Below, piece by piece: positions 26,431 to 38,500 of a stretch of DNA of 64,000 nt. The notes under the pieces were generated by a model, which was not told where the DNA came from, ran no database searches, and saw only the letters and a list, made by a program, of their open reading frames with translations. The DNA lies in assembly GCF_964355755.1 (NCBI RefSeq), contig NC_092677.1, positions 26,337,175 through 26,401,174 of the forward strand, written 5' to 3'. Source of the DNA: Antedon mediterranea (lineage: Eukaryota; Animalia; Echinodermata). The translations under genes and the position numbers were made by a program. Within the stretch, counting starts at the first letter, position 1. Each line of letters starts with the position of its first letter.

Positions 26431-29293
26431 TCAGAAAATTGTACATTGAATAGAGGGTTTCTTTTCAGGTATGTGAAATTCTCCCTTCGAGTCAACATAA
26501 CCTGTAACTTCTTTCGGGTTGTCTTTGTTTCCAGCTAATATATAAAATGCTGAATCACTCTGACCATAAAGAGACAGCTTGACGTCAGTGAAACTGGTTA
26601 CTTTATCAGCCTCCAACTTGGTCATGAACGCTTGTAGTAGTCTTCGTAGTCCAGCCTGTTCTTTTGTTTGTTCAGCGCCCTCATTTCCACAAAGTTTGAG
26701 TATGATATTTGCCAGTGTACGTTTGTTTATCTCATCCACTAGAAACTGTAAAAATTATGTAAATGTTTACTGATACAATGAATACCTCACTAAGCAGTAC
26801 ATTTTTAAGTTGAGAAATTCTGTATAATCATTATCCAGACTATTTGGAATGTACCCTATCTAGGGTTACCAGTATATGAAATGGTCATTTTACAAGTTCA
26901 ACGGGTAAATTAATTGGTTTATATTGTGTTGGTTTTCACTTTGTACCAGTGGCACTAGTAATGCCAACACTGTTCTAAGTGGGTGCTAAGTTACTATGCT
27001 TCCCAGTCAAAATAGACTGCTACTGCCAGAAGGGTGTAACAATAATATATACGAAAGACCTACCAATACTTCTTCATTCTTTTGAACCATTATAGTGATC
27101 TTGACACGATTGCTTTTGAATGTAACTTGTTCTCCATTTAACCCACAAAATATTAGCTTTATATCTGAAAACCCCTTTTGTCGAAACGAACTTGTGAACT
27201 TTTTCCAGTATGATAGAAGATTTGTCCATTCTTCAGAAGGACTGTCACATGGGTCAACCAACGCATCAAAAACACGAGACATACATGTGTGACTTTCTTC
27301 GTCGGCGAAAGTGGAACAATTTGGAAGATCTACAATCAACTATAAAAACATAATTTATGTCAAATGTATGTAAGAAAGAGGACGTATAAATGTTTTGGAA
27401 ACAATTAGGGCAGATCAATAAAAAGTAACATTAGTTATTCTGGTTAACTAAAACAAATAAAAATTAATGGGCCTAAAAACAATTATTATCTTATTATAAA
27501 CAAAAATGATTTTATTACATTAGTTGTTACTCTTTCTTTGCATGGTATCTTTACCATCAGCGTGTACTCGGCAACAGTTGCTTCACAGAAACTGGTACTC
27601 CATCGAATCGTACCAACGCTCGTCTGTACATTTTTTGTTTCCAGAAAATCTGCGCATTTGTTTGCAAATTGACGTTTTGTTTGGATTGTTTTGTCGTTCT
27701 TTCGATAGTTTATTTGTTTAAATAAACTACTATGAACATTTTTAAGTTGTCTTATACTGAATTCACTCTCGTTGGATTTCTGTAGAAAAGACATAATGAA
27801 GTGTTTACCTAGTACTCGACTACTGTAATCCTGAACATGTTCTAAACCATAAACTTAATTTTTATTCAAACCTCGTCTCTGGCGCACATCACGCTTAGAT
27901 CACACCGGTGTAGGCCTATTATTTTCTGATCTAACAGTGCAAATTGTGTTCGGTGGCAGATGGGAGAATCACTACCAAAAAGGGACAAATTGCCTTCGAA
28001 CTTTTCTAGACCAGAAATCGATCATGGTAGGAACCGTTTTCAAGATAAGTTATTACTATAGCAGGGTATATATTACCAACAACATTTTGCTACTTTGAAA
28101 GAAAAAAGAACTACATTTTGAATTTTCTTTTAGAACATGCATATCAACACACAGATAAAAAATGTTTGCCATGAAGCAATGAAGTTTAAACAAAACCGAA
28201 AAACCCCACAAAATAAACGGTAAACAAGCCAATTTGACTATGTTTTGCTTTATATTACAGTTTGTTAGGTAGGCCTAAATATCTACTTTTTTGTATCAAA
28301 GTGAGTAATAACTATTATATGACATTAAAATGGCATATTTAACAAAATATTTGAAACAACATTTTTTTAGGACAATATCTTTAAACAAAACCCAACATTA
28401 TGGCCTATAAACTAATAAATAGGCTATGACTGTATCGTTTATTGTATTCGTTGATGTCAACTGTTATAAGTAAATGAAAACAAGTCAGTGAATCAGTTTA
28501 TTCAACGTCTATATTTTTTTAATGATATTTCTCTTCTGGATGAATAAAAAAAATGAAATTAAATGATTATTATTAAAGATTACTACAATTTTATAATAAT
28601 AATGAATTTAAAGCGTCCGTTAATACTATTTAAATGCCTATACCATTATCAGATAATCTTCCACCTTATAAGCTGAAGTATTAATTCAACTGTGGACCTT
28701 GCTCTTTCACCGTGTTAAGAAAACAACATCAGAGCTGGCGACGCAATAATGATTAATGAATCAATGGTGGCAATCACATTGGACTTTAATCCAAATATAG
28801 TAGGCCACACTGTCCATACAAAAATGTTTACAATTAATTGAGTAAATTTGTAACGCAGGCCTATTATCTCATAACTGTATATTTTTGCCGTTGTGACAAT
28901 ACAGTTTTATCGTATCGTATTGTATATTATTTTTAATTTATTTTGCAGGGTACAATATATCTTTAATTAATAATCTTCTGTAATTATAGAAACTGAACAG
29001 CATATGTAACCTAAACCTTTGTCAGTTGGCCTAGATTGGCATACGACTGGGCAAAAAAAACACCCGTTATGATAACGATTCTTACTGAAATCTAAGTATT
29101 CAAACATTCTACCATCAACCATACATAACAATACCTTTCTTTATGATATTAATAATGTAACCTACAATTAAAAACAAAAATATTGATATCGATATAAACT
29201 GATAACAATTAAATAGCGTAAACAATTTACCGTCTTGTCAGCAACTAATTCGGTCTTGTGTCCAAAAAAACGCTGTTTAAGATTACTTGCCAT
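26431..29293 (-). CDS. Family B copy B2, ~304 aa, CaaX (CTIF). Exons 29293-29231, 27779-27519, 27339-27064, 26745-26431
   Basis: All introns are GT..AG and phase 0 (exons of 63, 261, 276 and 315 nt). Reads MASNLKQRFFGHKTELVADKT|KSNESEF...TTN|LIVDLP...EEVL|FLVDEIN...SIQCTIF*. The structure is conserved in B3 and B4. Confidence 0.82.
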
Positions 29294-29464
29294 GATCACA
29301 GAGTAGCTGACCTGGAGTGAAGCTTAGGCCTACTTGCTGCGAAAAAATAACCAGTTATTATGTGAATAAATTAACCCCAATTTCTTGGCAGCAGAAACAC
29401 GAAAAATTGTCTGTAACCCGGTAAATAACAGCCTGAAAATAACGGTTAAACCACCTAATTGATT

Positions 29465-30135
29465 CGGTGAGAACGCCATTTAACCGACCGGAAATTTTGT
29501 CTAATGGGCATTTGGACGACAGGACATTTCGCCGACAGACAATGGCCGACAGAAAATTATCCGACAGGACAAAATGCAAATTTCGCACCTTACTCGGTTC
29601 ATTCTTTATTTCGTACAGTATCACTACACTCATGTTTACAATAACCATGTGTCTATGATGATTTTAATATACCGTAGTTGCGAATGCTCTCTAAATTTTA
29701 CCATAAAAATTAAAACAATTTATTGACACTTTTTAAAATATTGTTTCCTGCCCTCAAACTTATTTTATTTTGGTAACAACCATTATTGAAACCAATTAAT
29801 TTAGCGATTTTGTCATGGTGGGCATAAGAATATGTTGGGTTTTTCATTTCGAATTGCTTTTATACTCTATTATATTTTTTTTAAAAAACACGCCAACCAC
29901 CAGGTGTTCTTCATAAGAACTTATAGCACGTAAAATATTTATAAAACAAAATACGAAATGAATGCCTATTACAAACCTCAAACTATGTTAAATTCACCGT
30001 ACTACTGAACTGCACGTCTCGTTTTCATGTCATACGGATTGTGTCGGCTGTCGGCAAAATGTCCTGTCGGTCAAATGATTGTCGGCCAAATCTTCTGTCG
30101 GTGAAATGTCTTGTCGGCAAAATGTCCTGTGTATT
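29465..30135. mobile_element. MITE-like element with inverted arrays of ~15-bp repeats (CCGACAGGACATTT.. / ..AAATGTCCTGTCGG). Duplicate at ~52785-53455
   Basis: Direct repeats at 29485-29575 and their reverse complement at 30040-30130. Confidence 0.75.
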
Positions 30136-30657
30136 ACGTGTATTAGTAGAGTTGTTCTTGGTATATCCAGATATATATGGTTCGTCTAACAATCCCCAAA
30201 AGGATGCCTACAAATCGGAAAAATATTTAATGGCGCCATTTAGGCAACGCCCGTTATGTCGTATCGAGAGATCTTCTGATTTATTGGTTCCGGATTGGTT
30301 ATTTTTAATCACATGACTAATATTCAACGTTTTCTTGACGCACACATCACCGAAATCAATGTACCAAAGAACTCTATATTATACCAAGCAACAACTCTGC
30401 TAATACAAGTAAGTAACTTGGCGTAGACTGTCATACATTTAACAAGTTTTTCTAGTCTTATATGATATGTTTTGATTTGTAAACACTTTTAAATACATTC
30501 GACTAGCGTAGGATAAAGGCCCATAATAGGCCCTATTTAATAGGCCACCAGGCAGAGAAGTACCTTTGCGATATTTTCGGCCAGAGACGTTTCGTAGGTA
30601 CGGTCGGGTATGTGTTTTTTGCAATGTCATATACATTCGTGTGTCTTAATAAACAAA

Positions 30658-31765
30658 CTAGATTTGAACTCGTCACTACGGACGAGTTAGGTTATCCGCA
30701 GCGCAAATGCCACTGCACGTCATACGTTAGAATATTGCGCAAAGAAAAACGATTATGCCATTGAAACAATTTCAGTGTGCTCTCTATTTTGTTTCACGTC
30801 TAAGTATATACAGTACTATATACTGTATACGTACTACAGACAGTGCAGAATAGGTGAAAATAAGTGACCAAAGTTATTGACGCTTTTGCACATGATGACG
30901 TCTAAAATGGTGAATCATGCGAAACCTAGACAATATAAAAAAATGGAGGGCAATGGAATACGGATAAGTGGAGATGCGCTCTATTAAATGTGACGAGCTA
31001 TGATGAAAGAGACAAAAATCCTATATTTTATATTCGAGTGGCCATACGATGACGTCACAATGTCCAGTTAGCCATATTGATGCATGATTCGATATTTACA
31101 GCTCATCTACTTTCAGAATATGTAATTTAAAAAAAGTTCACCACATAGTTTATAATCTATGACTGTTTAAAGAAAGGCATAATTTTCACAAATTGTTGAA
31201 CTTTTTCATAAAAAACGCACGGAAATTGTTCAATTCTACGTGCTCGTATGACGTGATTTTAAGTCGAAATTGTTTGAAAGTTGGTAAAATTACTAGAAAA
31301 GGCTGAAAAAACAAAAATCACGCAAAAATATATGTTTTTTCGCTACATGCGCACGCGCGCGTAAACAATTGGAATGCTCAAAATTTTCGAAATGCTCAAA
31401 ATGACATGAAACGCGTATGAAATTGATTAGAAGTTGATTTTTCGCATTCTGAAATTTTAAACGCGCGTGCGCGCGTAATTTTCGTTAACATTTTTAATCC
31501 ATAAAAAGTTTCCCCTTTATATGACTTGAATTTTCACCAAGTGTCAATACAAAATGACTTTTGGTTTTCAATCTATGATCAATCATTGAAATTCATAAAA
31601 TCGCGCGTAACTTACGCTGCGCAACTCGAACGGGACCGAAAACCTTATTACGTCATCTTCAGATAGAGGTCAATCTTATGACAAAGTTATACATCTTATG
31701 TTGTCCAGAATTAGAGATATGCGTGCAACAAAATTCGTGGAAAGAAAGAAGAATATAGAAAAAAA
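30658..31765 (-). mobile_element. Non-autonomous Helitron/Helentron-like element (duplicate from 53977)
   Basis: On the minus strand, the hairpin AACTCGTC-6nt-GACGAGTT (30667-30688) lies just before a terminal CTAG followed by TTT. The other end is T-rich, and that boundary is approximate. Confidence 0.55.
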
Positions 31766-32342
31766 AATATTACGTACAGTTAGTCTGTAATAGGTCATTT
31801 AGTATTGCTTACAATGTGCTAAATCATATTACATTGGTTGCTGGTGGTATCTACAATATCTAAGCTGGGCTAGTTGGGGGAAGGGGGGTCTCTAGTCAAA
31901 CTATAGGGTGTCTGGCACTTGCGGTGCAGCAGACAATTAGTCTGTTGTTATCCATTTAGTATTGTATGAACACAACTTGTTCATTTGGCATTAATTTTGA
32001 GTGCATCTATGCTAACCCCTTTTTAGGCCCTCCCTGGGGGGGGGGGGGGGTCTGGCGTGCCCTTTGCAGCAGAGAAAAAGTCTGTCGTTTGTGATACTGG
32101 TATAAGGATGTCAATGGGCATCCCATGGTGGTAAAATTAGGTGGTATCTCTCTCATCTAACCGGGGTCGATTTTTTAGCACGTTTCGGGGTCCCCCCGGT
32201 CTAGACGCAGCAGGCCTGGGGGTACCCGGCAGACTCCCATTTTTATTGACTTAAAGTGACCTCCAACACACTTAAATAGTCAGATATTGGTACCTAGCTC
32301 ATCTAACCAAATGTCTCTGGGCTGCCTGTCTATATATTCTCA

Positions 32343-32387
32343 CTCCTGAGGACGATCAAAGCGCAGCATATTGATCGAAGCGTCGAG
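32343..32387 (+). ncRNA. Degenerate Penelope-type hammerhead ribozyme (duplicate at 55662-55706)
   Basis: CTC-CTGAGGA-C-GATCAA..TTGATC-GAAG-CG-TC-GAG. The core GAAA has become GAAG. Confidence 0.55.
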
Positions 32388-32585
32388 AAACTCAACAGTT
32401 CTTTTCAGAAATAACATACGTGGTGTACCGCAAACTTATATTAACACTACCTATATGCTTCTCTCCTCCTAAGCTTGATCGAATGTTCTGAGTTCGGAAA
32501 TTGAGAATACGATTTTCTACGTTTGGTTATAAATGAAACCGTATGGTTGGTTGATGTTCTGCATTTAATATAACCTAAACTCAAC

Positions 32586-35500
32586 ATGCCAAAGGTAAAC
32601 TTAATATCATAATTATTTTATCTAACATTGTCATTGTCAAGCTTATTACAGGCCATGTTAACTTCGTTTATTTTCTAAAATCAATGAAAATTTCATCTAC
32701 TTTAAATTGTATATTATAATTACATATTTAAAATATAAATCCAATATTCTTAATAAAAGTTAATGTGGATTTCGAAAACATTATTAAAAAACAACATCTA
32801 CTGTTCTAGAACATAATATAACAAATTATTTTTAAAAAGTATATTTATATATATATATATTTATATAAATCCAAAGGCAAATTACTGAAAAAAATGACAA
32901 TGCTGTGGGTATCAGTGGCTGGATCTCAATGGAGATACAAAAATAAAAAGCGAAAAGCTAAATCAAAACGATAAAGTAAAGTAAACAGCCAGAAAAGTTA
33001 GCAGAGCTTTCGGGCAACACTAGCCCTTCATCAGTGCAAGTGAAGGAATTTGGATAACGTCATAGTATAAAGCTGGCAAGTGCTGCCTGGGTGGACAGGA
33101 ATAAAAGAAATATAACAAAGGGAGCCAGGGTGGAGTCTGAATAAGAGTAGAAAACAAAGAAGATATATTTATATATATATATATTTATATATTTAATTTG
33201 AAACGATAAAGATGAGGAAATCTGTGAGAATGAGAAAAAGTCGCCCCAACCGAGACTCGAACTCGGACCGCCTGCTTGATATGCAGATGTCCTAACCATT
33301 AGACCACTGGGGCTTTCATGGTATTGTTCGAACTCGATTGGTTAACGACTCTTTAACATTCTCGGCGTGGTACGGCGGAACAGCACTAGTCCTCAGTTGT
33401 ACGCACGCGCAACAGAGATCAAATTGATACGCCCTCATCTTTCAGCGGTTTAGAATTAGTGTTCTTTGCCTATTGTGTTTATATATTTATATATTTATAT
33501 ATATTTATATATATTTATTGACTTATATTCAAAGCCTTTTGGATGTCATTAACCATACAATTTAATAAATAAACTGAATGCTTATGGAATAACAGGTACT
33601 CTTTAAATTAGGCTTTTGACCATCTTGACAGAAAACAAAATATCCCTTTGCAGACTTAACTCAAAGCCTCTAAGCATTGGGTTATTATTTCTAATTTATA
33701 TTTATTACGCCGACTACAACTACATTATTTCTCTTCAATCCTATATTAATACTCTATTTTAATAATTTTATTATTAAAAAAATAAGGAATTAAAAAAAAA
33801 ACTTTATTTCAAATAAATTACTTGCAAACATTAAAAAAACAAATAGAAAAAAAAACTGAAAATGATGATCATAAATTATTATTTATTTTTTTAAGAAAAT
33901 TGTAGTAACGAAAACGATATAAGCCTATTGTCCCACTGAAAATATTTTCAAACATTTTCTGTTGAATATGCCATTATGCATATTTGAAAATAAAAATTAT
34001 TTCCTGACAAAATTTTAATAAAACTTAATAATTAAAAATTTTAATTAAAAAGCAAAAAAATTACCTAAACAATGGTTTTTGGTTAACATTAACCGTTTCT
34101 TTTGCCTTTTTATAAGTAGGCCTAGAGTAATTATTTTTTTGGTTTTTATTTCCTACATAATTTTATAATTTGATTAAAACTGCAAAATAATAACCAACAT
34201 TTTTATCAAGAAAACTATCACAATCTTATAGGAATTATCAACAAAATGAAACATTCCTACAAAATGTCACTTATAACATATTTACAATATGGCAATATCA
34301 TATGGGCTGCTGACTATCCATATCCAAGCTTAATAATTTTACAAAAAGAACACTTACCATTTTAAAGAAAGAGGAAAAGTGTTAATAGCGACTATTGTCA
34401 ACACGTAATACGGCTATTTACATTCGACTATAGTTGTTTTTTCATTGCTTAGCCTTAATTATTTATGTTCAATTATTATTACATGATTATTAGGCTAGTG
34501 TAATACAATCCATAATTGATGTTTATATTACATTGTGTTAACACAGATTGATTGTGGGAGTGAGATTACGCTTGACGATGTTCACATGTTAAAATCTAAA
34601 ATAAATGATACAGATTTTCTTAATGCTACTAACATACTGATTTGCGAGACACCACAGTGGGTTCTTAGAAATGCAGAGATTCATATAGCTTTTGATCCAC
34701 CATACTCATTGTGCGCAGGGAACATGGATAATAAATTGTCATTGTATAGATGTAAAGATGGATCAATTAAGACAAACAGCACAGGAAACAAGGTAATCAG
34801 GGGTTTTGTTTTAATTACAACTTTAAAGTGTACAAGATAAAATCATACAGTAGGCCTCCTTTACTTATACCATAACGATGCACATTGTTTAATGTAGGTA
34901 GTTGACTGTGGAAGTAAGATTACACTTCCACATCTTCAAAGTTTAACATCTGCTACACATATTGAGGATAAAGATTTGTTTGCTGCTACCAGAAGACTGA
35001 TCTGCGAGACACCAACGTCGGTTCTTAAGAATGCAAAAATTGAAATACCGACTGATGATTCAACATACTCACTGTATGCAGGGAAGAAGACTCATGAATT
35101 TGTAGTGTTTAGAGAAGAAGATGGGTCAATTAAAACTAAAAAGAAGGCAATAAACAAAGTAATAAGATGTTTGGCTTTATTTACCGGAATGACATATAAT
35201 CTTACTATTGGTGGTCACGACTTAAAGTTGTCCGCAACTTATTTTGACCTCCATCTGCACATTTTTGATGTTTTTATGTTTTATTGTAATTTTTAAGTTA
35301 TGTTTCTATCTTTTTTGCAATTTGTAATTTTTATCTTTTATTTTAAAATGTGTGGATAAACCAATAAAGCAAACAAACAAACTATTTTATTATACTACAA
35401 TAACCGATGTACGGTACTTAAAGAGTATTGTTTTAACACAGGTACAGGAAATTCATTGTGGAACCGAGATTACACTTGGAGATGTTCAAAGTTTATACTT

Positions 35501-38500
35501 GGAAACAAATGATACTAATGAGGGTTTTATTCGAGTTACACAAAAACTGGTCTTCAAAGCACCAGCGTGGATTCGTAAAGATGCAAACATTGAACTAGCA
35601 TCTGATCCACCATACTCATTGTATGCAGGGAACAAGGCTCATACATTTAAAGTGTATAGAGGGGAAGATGGGTCAATTAAGATAATGAAGAAGGCGATAC
35701 CGAAGGTACGTAATCAGGTCTTTTGCTATATATATTTATATATTTATTGCCTTTCCGCTGAAAAGTCTGCCGATATTTCCGCTTGGGCTGCTCCGTAAAT
35801 CTCTTTTACCAGTTTCTTCCAGTCTGATCTTTCATTGGCTAGTTCTTTAAGTTGTTTCATGTCTTTCTTAGTTTTCAATTGTCCGGGATACTTAATGTCT
35901 GTGTTATGCTTATAAAGGATGAGTAGGGCGTTGCTGAGAGTTATTGGTAGGGTGGGTCTCGGTCTTCCTCGAAATTTTATATTGGTAGTGTTGCTGAAAT
36001 AATAGCTTATTGCTGTGTCGGCTGGTGTACATGGGTCTTGTCTAAGTATGTGACCCAATAGTCTCCATCTTGCGTCGACTATTTCTAATGAAATCGGTTT
36101 TGTTCCTGTCCTTCTGTATAAATTTATGTTCGATATCCTGTCTGGGAACCTGATACCTATGATTTTACGAGTCCCCATGTTTCAGAGTTGTAGAGTAATA
36201 TACTTTTAACAAGTGAGTTGTACAGCTTGATACGTATTTTTAATTTGATTTTTCGAAGCCACATCGAGTTTAGTTTGGTCATTGCTACACGCGCTAGTTG
36301 TGTTCTTCTAATTATGTCTTGTCTGTCCCCAAGGAGCGATCCTACTTTTTTTCGTGTTTCTCCATTGTTCTTGTATGTCCTCTTTTTCTCGTCTTACAAT
36401 AGTGTGTTCTGTTTTTTCTTTATTTACATTTAAGTTGAAAGTTGATAGATGGCGTTCAAATTCGTTTACATTATGCTTGCTGTTTAGATTCTACATCATC
36501 AGCATATGATATCTCTTGATGTATTTCTGGATAATTGTTCTGATTCCTCGTAGCGCAGACTCAAGGTAAACAGTGAATAAGACCGGGCTTAAGCTATCTC
36601 CTTGAGGGGTGCCGATGTTGGTTTGGAATATTGGCTGTTCTTTTGCCCCTTTTATTTTTAGATTTAGTCCGGTTTCACTCAGCAGAAATCTAACGATCCT
36701 AAGTTCATCTTCGTCTATAATTGAGTATGTCGAGGAGTTTGTTTCTATCCACGGTGTCAAACGCGCTTGACATATCTATACCGGTTATGTAAATATTTAT
36801 TTTGTTCTTTTTGTGCTTTAGCTATAAGCCATCTATGTGTAAAAACAATATTACTTGTGCTTCTGCCTTTGCGAAACCCACTTTGGCTTTGTGGTAAGAA
36901 TGCGTCTACTTTCGATGTAATTCTATCCAGTGTTATAAGCGATAGGCACTTGCGTATGGTGTTAAGTAGAATAACAGGTTGTAAATTCTTAGTTGGACCC
37001 TTTTCCTTACCCGGTTTTGGTAGTGCTATGAGTGTTCCTTTATTAATATCCACGAATTCATGTTTTGTAAATATTTGATTTAAAATGTCTGAAATCATTG
37101 GAGCTAGAACAGCGGAACCGTATTTTAGTAGTTCTCCTGGGATACCATCCTCACCTGCTGCTCGACTGTTGTTTAGGCGTTTAAGATTCTTGGTTACTTC
37201 CTCTTCACTGATTTCACTATGGGAGTCCCGATGGGAGTGGATTTTATATTGGTAGGAAATGGGTTCCGAGTATACACAAAGTATGGAAATGTTCCGAAAG
37301 AATATCGGTATTACAACTAACCACGAAAGAAAGTTAATAACTTTGATCAACGTTTTTGCGCCGAATACATACATAGCAAACACGAAACCAGACGAAATAA
37401 ACAAACTATATACCGACCTAGAAGGCCTTCTCAAGCGATACGGTAACAAAACATTACTTATTTTGCGGTGATTTTAATTCTTCGGTAGGAAAAAAACGGG
37501 ATGACGAGAGGTGTATGGGATCATTTTCTATGAAAAACATAGATTTCTGTGAAAAACACAATTTATTCATAAATAAAAGCGCGTTTCAGCATTCAGCACA
37601 CGTCATATAACTACATGGTCCCAACAGAGAAGAAACTCCAAAGGAGAACTGATCAAACTGTACACTCAAATAGACTATAATGTTATATGTAAAAGTAGAT
37701 ACAAGACTCTCCTAAAGAACGCTAGGTCATACAACGGAACACTTTTAGATAGTGATCACAGAATAGTAATCACAATATTCAACTTAAAATGGCATCGCGT
37801 CAACAAACAAAACACTAACAAAAACATTAACTTATTTGCATGTGAAAAGCTAGTGACAAGCGAAGAAACTAGAAATTTATACGTAGAAAAACTGAAAGAA
37901 TGCATAGATGTTGTTGTGAAACCGGATCAGCCAGCCGTTACATGGCAGAAATTGAAAAGCGTCGTGAAGGCAGCTGCAAAACATACAATAGGACCAAAAC
38001 AAAAGGTCGGCTACAACAAAAGGACATACGACGACACTTGAACTCAACGCCTATCAACGCACCAAAAAGAACTTAGACAACAAAAAGCTAACTGCAAGTC
38101 GGAAATCGAACGTACATCATTAGTCTAGTGGGCTCCAGACGTTGTTTTTTCTTAATATTAGTAAAAATATAAATATTTTTGCACATATGGCGTTTCATAC
38201 GTGTATTACTTGAGTTTGGATACTCCGCCTGGGGAAACACGCACAAGTCACGTGGTTTGACACCAAGAATTCGTGGTGCATACGATTATCCGGTTGACTA
38301 GTTTCAGCTGCATGCGATTGGCTACTCACTCGTACACCGTTTTAATATTCATGTTTCAGAATTTCAAAGACTCAACAACTAAGAAGGTACGCATGCGCTA
38401 TGTTACGTTTAGAAAATGTGTACTTGGGAACATTAATGAAAGTTTCTGAAGGCTAGAAATGATTTTATATTACCGTATGCCTAGTAGTAGTCTGGTAAAC

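Noticed and set aside
27780-27794. ATG of ORF MSFLQ as the B start codon
   Set aside because: It overlaps a polypyrimidine/CAG acceptor. B3 has no ATG here but has the same 261-nt exon, and homologous upstream start exons exist.
29358-30636. Short ORFs conserved in both duplicate copies
   Set aside because: They fall in MITE or intergenic sequence, and the conservation only reflects the recent duplication.
36757-37449. 230-aa ORF as a novel RT fusion protein
   Set aside because: Its N-terminus is antisense read-through across the LINE inversion junction.
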